Part shown: positions 20,479 to 30,747 of the stretch, piece by piece
Numbering within the stretch: the stretch's first letter is position 1
How the letters are laid out: every line of letters starts with the position of its first letter
Source of the DNA: Candidatus Heimdallarchaeota archaeon
GTDB taxonomy: Archaea; Asgardarchaeota; Wukongarchaeia; Wukongarchaeales; JBHIFL01
Length of the DNA: 47,461 nt
Assembly: GCA_046761065.1 (NCBI GenBank)
Contig: JBHIFL010000029.1
Span: forward strand, 1 to 47,461
Direction of reading: 5' to 3'
Notes under the pieces: generated by a model
Databases searched by the model: none
The model's input: only the letters and a program-made list of their open reading frames with translations
What the model was told of the DNA's origin: nothing
Made by a program: the position numbers and the translations under genes

Positions 20479-20817
20479 TTGAAAGAGATGGTCATTCTCG
20501 CTGTGATCACACATGACGAAATAGAAGAAGTTGTCGACGTGGGTCAATATGGAATAAATGCAGGAACTCACACAGCAGAGGTGGCTTTAGTTGTCAGAGA
20601 TGATTGTCAGGAACATGGCATAGGTACCGAATTACTAACCTATCTGACCCAACTAGCCATGAGACAAGGGCATCTAGGCTTTACAGCCGAGATTTTATTC
20701 GAAAATCAACCAATACTTCATCTTTTTGAAAAAATGGGCTTTGATATCGAAAGAAGAAGCAGCGCCGGTATGTATGAACTGAAACTAGCCTTTCGTGGGA
20801 TCAGTCGGAAGGAATAA
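20479..20817 (+). pseudogene. N-terminally truncated GNAT acetyltransferase domain
   Basis: AEVALVVRDDCQEHGIGTELL and ENQPILHLFEKMGF; starts mid-domain at KEMVILAV. Confidence 0.6.
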
Positions 20818-20920
20818 TTATCAAAAGCAATAATCATCACAGAGTGCGAGTTAATAAACCACAGTTAGTAAAGATCAAAGTACACAGATAGACTACATTA
20901 TTACATAGAGGGTAGGATTG

Positions 20921-21451
20921 ATGCTTAGAGTGATGATTTTCATCGATGGCGCGAATATATTTCATACTGGTCAGATTTTCCGTACTAATTTTAGAATCGA
21001 CTATCGAAAACTAGCTAATGTTTTAGCAGGATCACGCCAACTAATACGGGTCTATTATTTCACTGCTATAGAAACTCCCCCGAGCACCAAACAAATAAAA
21101 TACCATGATAGGCTTCAAAATCTGGGGGTAACGATTGTAACACGTCCCCTTCGGAAAAAAGGCAATTCATTCATTGAAAAAGGTGTTGATGTCGCACTTG
21201 TCACAGAGATGTTATATTTGGGGTTTCGGGATGCATATGATGTCGCCATTCTGGTCAGTGGGGACAATGATTATGTTGGTGCGGTCCAAAAATTAAAGAG
21301 TGAAGGGAAAATCGTGGAAGTAGCCGCGTTCAATTGTGGGATTGGTCGTGAATTGCGATTATCTGCAGACAAGTTCGTCGCACTTGATGATCTCGCACCA
21401 GCAATCGAACAGGTTAGGAGTAATGACTTAACTCTAGGCAATTCCCTTTGA
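20921..21451 (+). CDS. NYN-domain (LabA/DUF88, PIN-like) protein
   Basis: IFIDGANI, EKGVDVAL, LVSGDNDY. Confidence 0.92.
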   Translation: MLRVMIFIDGANIFHTGQIFRTNFRIDYRKLANVLAGSRQLIRVYYFTAIETPPSTKQIKYHDRLQNLGVTIVTRPLRKKGNSFIEKGVDVALVTEMLYLGFRDAYDVAILVSGDNDYVGAVQKLKSEGKIVEVAAFNCGIGRELRLSADKFVALDDLAPAIEQVRSNDLTLGNSL

Positions 21452-21469
21452 AAAGTAAAGGAGATTTTT

Positions 21470-21670
21470 CTGGCTGTAATTCTATTTTTTCTATTCCATC
21501 CACGTTTAATGCTTTTGGCACAGGTTTGCTGAGGATATTAATGCAGCGTTGTCATCGGTATTAAGCACCTTCCCGTTAACTGAACGAAGCAATCCTTGGC
21601 TAACTCGCTTTCCGCATAATTGATATAATGCTTGATAAGCTCTAAATCCAAGTAACTACACCTTTTAACT
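21470..21670 (-). mobile_element. tnpB: Frameshifted C-terminal remnant of an IS200/IS605-family TnpB
   Basis: Joining frames across two frameshifts gives KRCSYLDLELIKHYINY / GKRVSQGLLRSVNGKVLNTDDNAAL / NILSKPVPKALNVDGIEKIELQP. This matches the recalled TnpB tail pattern SKCSFLD..GKRxxRGLFRS..G..INADxNGAxNILRK.VP.AF.DGIE...P. Confidence 0.78.
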
Positions 21671-21862
21671 CGCACTTGGCTTCTTATTCGTTGAGGTAGG
21701 CCGACCTTACCCCTTAAACTCAATTACAATGCATTTAATACAGATGAACGTATTATTTTCAAATCCAGCTTCTTAAACGGGAAAAATTATGAGGATTAGA
21801 AAAACCTATACTAAAGAAATAGAAATTAAGTTCGATTCAATGTATGATTTTCTTTAACTTAT

Positions 21863-23689
21863 TTAATATGAGAATTCTCCTAATCGTGTAGCTGCCTCCC
21901 ACTTCATTGGATATCCAAGATACTGTTCAACTTGACTTAGAATTCGTATGGTATCAATTAAATACCCATAGAAAAGCTTGTAGAGAATTATATACATAGC
22001 TAACTTGGGTTTCTCTTTAACATCTACCGATACCGCGTAAACAATAACACAGATCTCTAAAATAAGAAAGAATACAAACCAAAAAATGTAGATCAACGGA
22101 ATGGCCTGAAAAAAGTCAATCTGAATTACTAACTTTGGTTGTGGCTGAGCCAACATCTGATTAAACGACTCTTCGCTAAACCCAAAAAACATGCTTTCAC
22201 CAGGACCCCTACCCGGCGGTTCAATTGGTGGCCCCCGTGGCGGTTCAATTGGTGGCCCCCGTGGATTAGGGCGATAAACCACAAAACCCGAGACGGGATT
22301 AAACATCAAAATAAATAACCATAATAGTGTAAAGAACGTAAATCCTGAAAAAATCAATCCATTGAATATCATCCAAGGGAACATGAAAAAACCCGATACA
22401 CCATATCTAGGGTTAAATAGCAGGTTCTTGTGTTTGGTCATAGATTGTAAAATGCCTCGATACCATCGGTACCGTTGTTTTCCCAAGTCTAATAAGGTGC
22501 TTGGGGCCTCCGTATAACCTATAGCCCGTTTCTCGTACGTTATCTTATACCCTGCTTTCAAGATTTTTAACGTGAGATCAGCATCTTCCGCAAATGTATC
22601 ACCTGAATAAAGACCCACTCTTTCAAGAACCGAAGCTCTGAACGCCCCTAAAGGCCCTGGAACCACAGTAATCTTACTGAAATACGCCTCACTACGTCTC
22701 TGAATATTCAAACCCGAGACATATTCCAAAGCCTGCAATTTCGTTAGAAGTTTCTTACGGTTTCCAACCTTAATATTCCCCGCTACTGCAGCAACTTTAG
22801 GATCATCGAAATGGGATACCATCGGTTCGATTGCATTCTGGTCTAGAATAGTATCTGCATCGATACAGATGATTATTGTCCCTTTTGCAGCCTTTATACC
22901 ATGGTTCAAAGCGGTCCATTTACCACCGTTTGGTTTAGACAGTACTTTGATTGGTTTATTGGCTGCTGTCTCTTGAGCAATTTTTAAAGTATTATCTGTG
23001 GAACCATCATTAACACATATAATCTCTTTTGGTTTGTATGTGAGGCAAGTTAAGGCATCTAAGGTCTTTTTAATCACTTTTTCTTCGTTATAGGCAGGTA
23101 GAACGATGGAGACAAGAGGGTGACTTTTCAACTCTTTAGCTTTTGTGCGGTAGGCTAAGGATGTTGAGATGTGGACGGTTGTACGAATCCCTAAGAATAC
23201 GACTGAGATTAGAAATAAAACATATGAAATCCGATATAAGAGTTCTCGTTGATAAATTGATAGAACCAGTTGGCTTATTATTGTTGCAATTATTACAATT
23301 AAAATAAGGTTAACTGCTGATATTTTTGAGTTCTTGACTGGTGAGGAGAACTTTTTTCTGGCTTTAAAATACCACAGCAGTGTTCCAATAATCGTTGACA
23401 CACCTAATATTGCTGAAAAATATGTAATCAAATAAAAAATCGGGTATATAATGGGATGAGTAATCAAGTTAACAAGGAATATTCCAATCAATAAAATGCC
23501 GTTAGCAATGTAATAACCGATTATCCAGAGGATTTCACTGTAACCTAATAGAACAATAGCAATGGTTGATACTAAAATACCTATTATAATATAAGTAGCT
23601 CTACTGTGTGGCATATTAGGAAATAACTGTTGTTTTGTAATTAATATCTTTTTATAACTAAAGCTGCCTGAATCGAATATATTGAACAT
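21863..23689 (-). CDS. Processive GT2 glycosyltransferase (PgaC/IcaA/cellulose-synthase-like)
   Basis: PAYNEE, NDGSTD, NGGK, IDAD, AEDAD, QRYRW; multiple TM segments. Confidence 0.92.
   Translation of the reverse strand: MFNIFDSGSFSYKKILITKQQLFPNMPHSRATYIIIGILVSTIAIVLLGYSEILWIIGYYIANGILLIGIFLVNLITHPIIYPIFYLITYFSAILGVSTIIGTLLWYFKARKKFSSPVKNSKISAVNLILIVIIATIISQLVLSIYQRELLYRISYVLFLISVVFLGIRTTVHISTSLAYRTKAKELKSHPLVSIVLPAYNEEKVIKKTLDALTCLTYKPKEIICVNDGSTDNTLKIAQETAANKPIKVLSKPNGGKWTALNHGIKAAKGTIIICIDADTILDQNAIEPMVSHFDDPKVAAVAGNIKVGNRKKLLTKLQALEYVSGLNIQRRSEAYFSKITVVPGPLGAFRASVLERVGLYSGDTFAEDADLTLKILKAGYKITYEKRAIGYTEAPSTLLDLGKQRYRWYRGILQSMTKHKNLLFNPRYGVSGFFMFPWMIFNGLIFSGFTFFTLLWLFILMFNPVSGFVVYRPNPRGPPIEPPRGPPIEPPGRGPGESMFFGFSEESFNQMLAQPQPKLVIQIDFFQAIPLIYIFWFVFFLILEICVIVYAVSVDVKEKPKLAMYIILYKLFYGYLIDTIRILSQVEQYLGYPMKWEAATRLGEFSY
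22215..22264. repeat. Perfect 24-nt tandem duplication encoding PRGPPIEP twice
   Basis: ggcggttcaattggtggcccccgt at 22215 and 22239. Confidence 0.92.
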
Positions 23690-23828
23690 ATATAAAAAAT
23701 CAGAAAAGCAAAGTGGGAAATCTCAGTTAAAAGCAATTGTAAATAGTTCGAGGATCCGCAAAAAGAATACCCACACTAGTTAGAACGTTTTAGAATATAT
23801 TCAGAAACGTAAAATCAGCAATACTTTA

Positions 23829-25973
23829 TTGACGATGAGGGATACGATGAGAGTGAAAGATCCGGACATCAAATACTTATTTGAGCCCCAAGCAATTGCT
23901 GTGATTGGTGCTTCACACAATCCAAATAAAATTGGGTATCGGATTGTAGCCAACATTTTAAACGGAGAGTATCCTGGTCAGGTGTACCCCATCAATCCTA
24001 AAGGGGGCGAGATCCTTGGCCTCCGGGTTTATCAGAGTATCGAAGAAATTACTGAAGAAATTGACGTGGCGGTTATTGCAATTCCCGCCAAAATAGTATT
24101 TGAAGCAGTTAAGAAGTGTGCCAAAAATGGGGTCAAGTTTGCTGTGATTATCACTTCCGGGTTCTCGGAAATTGGGAATACAGAGGAAGAGAACAAACTT
24201 GTCGCTTATGCACGAGAACACAATATGCGTATCTTGGGACCAAATATCTTTGGCATTTATTCAAATAAAGCGTCATTGAATGCTACATTTGGCCCTAGCG
24301 ACATACCCCCTGGAAATATCGCGATAATCAGCCAGAGCGGCGCGTTAGGTATTGCGCTCATAGGAAAAACAAAAGCGGCAAATATGGGACTCTCAGCTAT
24401 CATATCAGTTGGTAACAAATCCGATCTGGCGGAGGAGGAACTTTTAGAATATCTGGTTTCTGATGAAAGGACAAAAGCCATCATGATGTACATTGAAGGA
24501 ATAAAAGACGGAGAAACACTGGACACTACACTTCAAATGGCTACAAAAAAGAAGCCAATCGTAGTAGTAAAATCTGGAAGATCTAAAAGGGGAGCAATCG
24601 CCGCGGCATCGCACACTGGATCTCTTGCAGGTGCTGATGAAATCTTTTCAGATATTATGACCCAATGTGGTGTGCTTCGAGCCGAAAGCATCCAAGAGGC
24701 GCTTAATTGGTGTCAAGTCCTATCAACATCGCCCCTTCCAGCGGGAGACAATTGTGTAATCATAACTAATGGAGGCGGAATTGGTGTTCTGGCAACTGAT
24801 GCTTGTGAAAAATATGGAGTGCCCCTTTACAATGACATTGAAACTATGCAAAACATATTCACAGAAGTCGTTCCAGATTTCGGGTCGGTAAAGAATCCAA
24901 TAGATATTACTGGGCAGGCAACATTTCAAGATTATGGACGGACTCTCAAAGCTGCATTAAGTAGTGAAGCCATCCATTCAATCATTTGTTTAGGATGTGA
25001 AGTCGCGGGATTTGATCCTGAATTATTTTCTACAACAATAGAAACGTTATTTTCTGCGCATAAATTAGACAAACCGATGGTCTTTTCTTTTGTTGGCGGG
25101 CCAAAAATAGAAGAATCAATATATTGTCTCAAAGCACGTGGTATACCTATTTTTATTAATGTTTACGAGGCAGTCTCCACCTTTGGAGCTTTATATGCGC
25201 ATCACCGAAACTTAAGAGAGTATGCAGAGACGGGGGCGAGAACTTCGATTATTGAGCAGGAGATTGAATCCGGTACAATTAATGACATTTTAAATCAAGT
25301 AAAACAGAAAAATAGGCAGTTCCTTCTCGCTTATGAAGCAAAGGAATTAATGCAAGCTGCCAAGATCCCAATGCCTGTGAGTTCTATTGCTCAAAACCTC
25401 GATGAAGTGGTTAAGGCGGCTCGCAAAATTGGGTATCCAGTTGTTATGAAGGTAGTATCAAAAGATATCATTCATAAGAGCGATGTGGGCGGTGTCGCTT
25501 TAGATCTGGAAAACACAGATGAGGTGATTGATGCATATCAAGCCATCATCCAGAATTGCAGATCACACATGCCAAATGCGATCATTGAGGGAGTGGAGGT
25601 GGCTGAGATGGTCCAAGTAGGTATAGAAACGATTATTGGCGCCCGAAGAGATCAAACCTTTGGTCCTATTGTCGCATTTGGGCTCGGAGGGATTTACGTC
25701 GAAGTCATGAAAGATGTTTCTTTCCGAGCCCTTCCTATAGACCGGAAAGAAGCAATAGCTATGGTAAAGCAAATAAAGTCCTATCCTCTTCTCTTAGGTG
25801 TGAGAGGTGAGCCGCAAAAAGATATTGGTAGTGTAGTAGACACGATCCTTAAATTAGGCGCCATACTCGAAAGATGCGAAAGCATTTCCGATATTGAAAT
25901 TAATCCCCTCATGGTTTACGCGCAAGGGAAGGGGGTAAAAGCCGTGGATGTGAGAATCCTCCTATCGACTTGA
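23829..25973 (+). CDS. Acyl/acetate-CoA ligase (ADP-forming), fused alpha-beta
   Basis: AVIGAS, GPNIFG, SHTGSLAG, NPID, plus ATP-grasp with HKSDVGGV, FGLGGIYVE, EINPL. Real start may be ATG 23835 or 23847. Confidence 0.92.
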   Translation: MTMRDTMRVKDPDIKYLFEPQAIAVIGASHNPNKIGYRIVANILNGEYPGQVYPINPKGGEILGLRVYQSIEEITEEIDVAVIAIPAKIVFEAVKKCAKNGVKFAVIITSGFSEIGNTEEENKLVAYAREHNMRILGPNIFGIYSNKASLNATFGPSDIPPGNIAIISQSGALGIALIGKTKAANMGLSAIISVGNKSDLAEEELLEYLVSDERTKAIMMYIEGIKDGETLDTTLQMATKKKPIVVVKSGRSKRGAIAAASHTGSLAGADEIFSDIMTQCGVLRAESIQEALNWCQVLSTSPLPAGDNCVIITNGGGIGVLATDACEKYGVPLYNDIETMQNIFTEVVPDFGSVKNPIDITGQATFQDYGRTLKAALSSEAIHSIICLGCEVAGFDPELFSTTIETLFSAHKLDKPMVFSFVGGPKIEESIYCLKARGIPIFINVYEAVSTFGALYAHHRNLREYAETGARTSIIEQEIESGTINDILNQVKQKNRQFLLAYEAKELMQAAKIPMPVSSIAQNLDEVVKAARKIGYPVVMKVVSKDIIHKSDVGGVALDLENTDEVIDAYQAIIQNCRSHMPNAIIEGVEVAEMVQVGIETIIGARRDQTFGPIVAFGLGGIYVEVMKDVSFRALPIDRKEAIAMVKQIKSYPLLLGVRGEPQKDIGSVVDTILKLGAILERCESISDIEINPLMVYAQGKGVKAVDVRILLST

Positions 25974-25987
25974 GCGAGGAGATCTAA

Positions 25988-27040
25988 ATGGATGTGGAAA
26001 CGAAGAAGATAACAATCGCCTCAACCCGGAAAAGTGCAGGTAAGACATCTCTAATTTGTGGTATCACAAAAACCTTGCAAACAAAAATTGGGTACTTAAA
26101 ACCCTTCGGAGATAGACTATTCTATCGTAAAAAACGCTTATGGGACTACGATTTTGCGTTCCTAAAAACTCTTTTTCGGTTAACTGATGAGCCTGAAGAT
26201 GTCACAATCGGATTTGATCACTCTAAACTCAAATACATGTATGATGCAGAAAGTATAAAGGAGAAACTTCTTGAACTAGCTGCGAAAACGGGGCAAGATA
26301 AGGATATCCTGTTTGTTGAAGGGGGAAAAGATCTAACCTACGGAATCTCGGTGCATCTTGATGCAATCTCGGTGGCAAAGTCTCTTGATTGTAAACTAGT
26401 ACTTGTTCTTAGCGGAACAGCAGATACCATTGTGGATGATGCGACGTTTGTCACCAGATTTTGTGTAATGCCCGACATCGACTTCGGAGGGATCATTGTA
26501 AACCAAGTTCACGATGTTAGAGATTTCAAAGATTCCTATTTGGATATGATAACAGAATTGGGCATTCAAGTGCTTGGCATTCTCCCCTATCAACCTGAAT
26601 TGACCCAATATACCGTAAGGTATTTGGCGGAAAGCATGTTCGCCAAAGTCATTGCTGGTGAAGGCGGATTAGATCGGATTGTTACAAGTGTTGTAACTGG
26701 GGCGATGAGTGCCAATGTCGCTCTCAGGTTACCCGTCTTCCAAAAGGAAAACAAAATCGTTATCACTGGCGGCGATCGTAGCGATATGATTCTTGCAGCA
26801 ATGGAAACCAATTCTGCCGGAATTATTCTTACAGGTAATCTTACACCACCAGCAAATCTCATTTCAAAAGCATCGGATCTAAATATTCCACTATTGCTGG
26901 TGTCAGAGGACACATTCCGAGCTGCGCAACACATTGATAACATGGAAGTGTTAATTTCAAAAGATGATACCGAAAAAATAGACTTATTGAGTCAATTAGT
27001 GAAGAAAAACATAAATGTAAACGAGATAACAGGTAATTGA
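25988..27040 (+). CDS. BioD-like/DRTGG domain protein (Pta N-terminal-like, no catalytic PTA domain)
   Basis: SAGKT, YLKPFG, FVEGG, VTGAM, ITGGDRSD, IILTG. Confidence 0.88.
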   Translation: MDVETKKITIASTRKSAGKTSLICGITKTLQTKIGYLKPFGDRLFYRKKRLWDYDFAFLKTLFRLTDEPEDVTIGFDHSKLKYMYDAESIKEKLLELAAKTGQDKDILFVEGGKDLTYGISVHLDAISVAKSLDCKLVLVLSGTADTIVDDATFVTRFCVMPDIDFGGIIVNQVHDVRDFKDSYLDMITELGIQVLGILPYQPELTQYTVRYLAESMFAKVIAGEGGLDRIVTSVVTGAMSANVALRLPVFQKENKIVITGGDRSDMILAAMETNSAGIILTGNLTPPANLISKASDLNIPLLLVSEDTFRAAQHIDNMEVLISKDDTEKIDLLSQLVKKNINVNEITGN

Positions 27041-27340
27041 TTGTCTTAAAGCGATCTTCTCTATAATAGGATTTTCTTCGCGAAAATTCCAAAAAAAACG
27101 CACTTAGCAGTCAAAAGCATTTCACTATAGCTTTTTTAATACATTATAACGCCTGTTAGACCGGTTAAAAGTTATCTTGCATAATCTTTTTAATAATATA
27201 AGTAACAATGTACTAAAAAGGCAACAAAAAGATCGCATATAAGCTCACGAGTTAAAGAAGATTCAGAGATTATGGCTTAAACGTTTACCATCTCCTTGAT
27301 TTCCTTACATTTCCTAAATAAACGAAACGGGGAGCGTTTT

Positions 27341-27964
27341 ATGAATAGTAAGCAATATTTTGATGACGTTGCGAATAATTGGGATAAAATGCGAGAAGGT
27401 TTCTTTTCGAAGACAGTTCGAGATAAAGCCTTTTCAATAGCTGGTGTGCAAAAAGACAAGTTAGCTGCTGATATCGGTGCAGGTACTGGTTTCATTACCG
27501 AAGGACTGATTCGTAAAGGAGTGCAAGTGATTGTTGTAGACCAGTCTGAAAAGATGTTAGCGGAAATGAAAAAGAAGTTCGCACAAATTAGTGGAATTGA
27601 TTACCGCGTTGGAGAGGCAGAAAAATTACCCATTCCAAATGAAACCGTTGATTATAGTTTTGCGAACATGTATCTACATCATGTTGAGTCCCCACCAAAA
27701 GCGATAGAGGAAATGGTGCGAATTCTAAAGTCAGGTGGTAAGCTTGTTATTACGGATTTGGATGAACACCACTTTGAATTTTTAAAAGAGGAGCATCATG
27801 ATCGCTGGATGGGATTCAAGAGGGAGGATATTAAACGGTGGTTTGAAGCAACAGGACTCAAAAATGTGATCGTGGATTGTGTCGGTGAGAGTTGCTGTGC
27901 GCAATCAAATGATAGAAGCGAGCGTGCTGACATCAGCATATTTGTCGCTTCAGGTGAAAGATGA
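27341..27964 (+). CDS. Class I SAM-dependent methyltransferase
   Basis: DIGAGTG, MYLHH, LKSGG; GGGGAG before ATG 27341. Confidence 0.9.
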   Translation: MNSKQYFDDVANNWDKMREGFFSKTVRDKAFSIAGVQKDKLAADIGAGTGFITEGLIRKGVQVIVVDQSEKMLAEMKKKFAQISGIDYRVGEAEKLPIPNETVDYSFANMYLHHVESPPKAIEEMVRILKSGGKLVITDLDEHHFEFLKEEHHDRWMGFKREDIKRWFEATGLKNVIVDCVGESCCAQSNDRSERADISIFVASGER

Positions 27965-28020
27965 ATTACTCACAATGTATAACTCAGTATTAATACTACT
28001 TCTATGAATTTCATTGATTT

Positions 28021-30747
28021 TTATACAGCCATCTTTCTTTTTGTTGGTACCTTAATTCTCAGAACGAACTTTGTTACTTCAATTGAGAGGAAGACAATCA
28101 GTCCAAAAGCAATTATTATGGATAAATCGAAGAATGAAGGTTTCATGATGTCAAATGCGTGAAGAACAGTTGGAATCTGTATTAGCATAGCAATTAATCC
28201 GAGCTCCCATGCAAGAGCTAGGAGGAGCCACTTGTGTGGTGGTGCTTGAAAAATGCTGTACGTGAGGGATCGGCAGTTAAGAGCGATAATAAACTCTATA
28301 ATAATGAACAAAAAGAATATCTCCGTCCTTGCATGTGTTAGATCCGCGAGATCATGGAAAAATATGAAGTAGAAGAAAGGAGACTCAATTAAGACCGCTA
28401 GTAAAATAAACGACTTTACATCCCAGCCAAAGACACTCTCTTCCGGATCCCGAGGAGGTCTCTGCATAATATCAGGGTCAGGAGGTGCAATTCCAAGAGC
28501 TAGGGCAGGGAGTCCATCTGTCGCTAGATTTATATACAAAATAGCTGCTGGGAGAAGGGGTAGAAATTCTGGACCCATTAATAACACTATTCCGCCAATT
28601 ACTATCACCTCTGTAATATTGCACCGAAGGAGGTAGACAAGATACTTCTTAATGTTATCGTAGATCCACCTACCTCGCTCAATAGCCCCCACGATGGTCG
28701 CAAAATTGTCATCACTCAGGATCATATCCGCTGCCTCTTTGGCCACATCAGTGCCTGTTATACCCATGGCCACACCTATATCCGCATGTTTTAAGGCTGG
28801 TGCATCATTCACTCCATCGCCGGTCATCGCTACTACGTTTCCCCTAGCTTTCAAGGCCCGAACGATCTTTAATTTGACTAAGGGGGAGACTCGGGCATAT
28901 ACGGTAACCTGGTCCACGATCGCCTCGAATTGTACATCTGTCATCTGTTCTAATTCTTCACCAGTCAAAACGAGATCTCCCTTGTTGTAAATGGCAAGTT
29001 CTTTGGCTATGGCCAAAGCTGTAAGCTTATGATCTCCAGTAATCATAATGGGCTTAATTTGGACCTCTTTACACTTTTTAACGGCCATTATCGCCGCTTC
29101 TCTTGGAGGGTCTATCATCCCAATAAGACCAATAAAGACCATATTTGTCTCTATCTGCTCTTCTTCCAGTATATTGTCATTCTTCAGTTCTTTATATGCC
29201 ACAGCAAGAACACGCAAGGCATCCCGTGCCATTTCCTCATTTATCTTAAGAATTTGAGCTCGTTTTTCAACAGAAAATTCTCTTATGTCATCCTCCTCCA
29301 AAATATATGAGCATTTTTCTAAGACCACTTCTGGAGCACCTTTCATGAAAGCTATCTGTTTGGAATCATCCATTTTATGGATAGTGGTCATTCGTTTTCG
29401 TTCAGAACTAAAAGGAACTTCTTCTATCCTCGGGTGAGTTAATCTCACTTCTTGTGTTTGAAGTCCTGCCTTAACCGCGGCTACTACAAGGGCTCCTTCT
29501 GTTGGATCCCCCTTAATAGCCCATTTTTCTTCTCTTTGATAGAGATCCGCATCATTACATAAGAGGCCACTTTGAAGTAAGAACCGCAAAGATGCATTCG
29601 TAGAGTCATATGTCTTCTCAGATTCTCTGAATTCACCCTCTGGCTTATACCCCACACCGGTGACCTCAATTATCTTGTTAATCGACGAGATAAAGAGTTT
29701 TCGAACAGTCATTTCACCTTTAGTCAAAGTTCCTGTTTTATCGGCACATATAATAGTTGTACATCCCAAGGCTTCTACTGCTGGCATCTTTCGGACAAGG
29801 GCATTTTTCTTAGCCATTGCATGCATCCCGAGGGCCAGTGCTCCAGTGACAATAGCGGCTAACGCTTCAGGGACGGCGGCTACAGCAAGAGCGACAGTAA
29901 ACATAACCATCGTAACAATGAATATCAAGTTGACCGAACCGACTATCAATTCCCTTATTAGACTGATCCCTGCAACAAGTCCGCATATTCCAAAGCATAT
30001 GACCCCTAACCATTGGCCGATCTCATCTGTTCTTTTTTCTAGTGGTGTCTTTCCTACTTTAATAGCTGCAACTTGCTCAGCAATTTTACCGAACTCTGTT
30101 TTCATGCCTGTACTGGTAACGACTGCCTTAGCCCTCCCGTAAGTTACCGTAGTTCCCGTTAAGACCATATTCTTTCTGTCTGATATTGGTGTATTTCTAG
30201 GTAATACATCCAAATCCTTGCCTACCGGGGTCGATTCGCCTGTAAGAGGGGCCTCATCACACCTTAAGGAATGGACTTCTATTAATCTGGCATCGGCAGG
30301 AATTCTATCCCCTCCCTCTAATAGCAGTATATCTCCTGGGACAAGGTTCTTTGTAGGCACTTCCTCCTCTTTATTTTCCCGGATAACGGTAATTGTTGGA
30401 GAAAGCATTCCCTTTAACGCTTCTAGGGCTCGTTCCGCACGATACTCTTGGACAAATCCCAGCACCGCACAGAAGATGACAATAATGAGGATAATGGCGG
30501 CGTCAACAAACTCCCCTACAAAAGTTGAAAGGATGACTGCGATAATAAGGATAATGATGAGGAGATTCTTAAACTGGTTCAACAATAGCGTGAATGGAGA
30601 TATTTTTTCTTCCTGTTTTATTTCATTGTATCCATATTGTTCGAGGCGTTTTTTTACTTCAGTATAATCCAAACCCTTCTGAGGGTCTATCCGAAGTTCT
30701 TTTAAAACAGCATTTGTTTTGATCGAATGCCAGAAGATTTCTTGCAT
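28021..30747 (-). CDS. P-type ATPase, type IIA (Ca2+-transporting-like)
   Basis: TGES, VPEAL, DKTGTLT, KGAPE, TGDGVNDAP; M5 CNITE, M6 NLATDG. ATG 30747 (track start 30795). Confidence 0.93.
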   Translation of the reverse strand: MQEIFWHSIKTNAVLKELRIDPQKGLDYTEVKKRLEQYGYNEIKQEEKISPFTLLLNQFKNLLIIILIIAVILSTFVGEFVDAAIILIIVIFCAVLGFVQEYRAERALEALKGMLSPTITVIRENKEEEVPTKNLVPGDILLLEGGDRIPADARLIEVHSLRCDEAPLTGESTPVGKDLDVLPRNTPISDRKNMVLTGTTVTYGRAKAVVTSTGMKTEFGKIAEQVAAIKVGKTPLEKRTDEIGQWLGVICFGICGLVAGISLIRELIVGSVNLIFIVTMVMFTVALAVAAVPEALAAIVTGALALGMHAMAKKNALVRKMPAVEALGCTTIICADKTGTLTKGEMTVRKLFISSINKIIEVTGVGYKPEGEFRESEKTYDSTNASLRFLLQSGLLCNDADLYQREEKWAIKGDPTEGALVVAAVKAGLQTQEVRLTHPRIEEVPFSSERKRMTTIHKMDDSKQIAFMKGAPEVVLEKCSYILEEDDIREFSVEKRAQILKINEEMARDALRVLAVAYKELKNDNILEEEQIETNMVFIGLIGMIDPPREAAIMAVKKCKEVQIKPIMITGDHKLTALAIAKELAIYNKGDLVLTGEELEQMTDVQFEAIVDQVTVYARVSPLVKLKIVRALKARGNVVAMTGDGVNDAPALKHADIGVAMGITGTDVAKEAADMILSDDNFATIVGAIERGRWIYDNIKKYLVYLLRCNITEVIVIGGIVLLMGPEFLPLLPAAILYINLATDGLPALALGIAPPDPDIMQRPPRDPEESVFGWDVKSFILLAVLIESPFFYFIFFHDLADLTHARTEIFFLFIIIEFIIALNCRSLTYSIFQAPPHKWLLLALAWELGLIAMLIQIPTVLHAFDIMKPSFFDLSIIIAFGLIVFLSIEVTKFVLRIKVPTKRKMAV

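Noticed and set aside
21538-21723. 61-aa ORF as a real small protein
   Set aside because: Better explained as one frame of the frameshifted tnpB remnant.
22215-22264. Possible CRISPR repeats (also 1-55)
   Set aside because: Tandem in-frame coding repeats with no spacers and no cas genes.
27069-27098. Imperfect hairpin after the DRTGG gene as a terminator
   Set aside because: Followed by an A run rather than a U run on the coding strand; weak stem.
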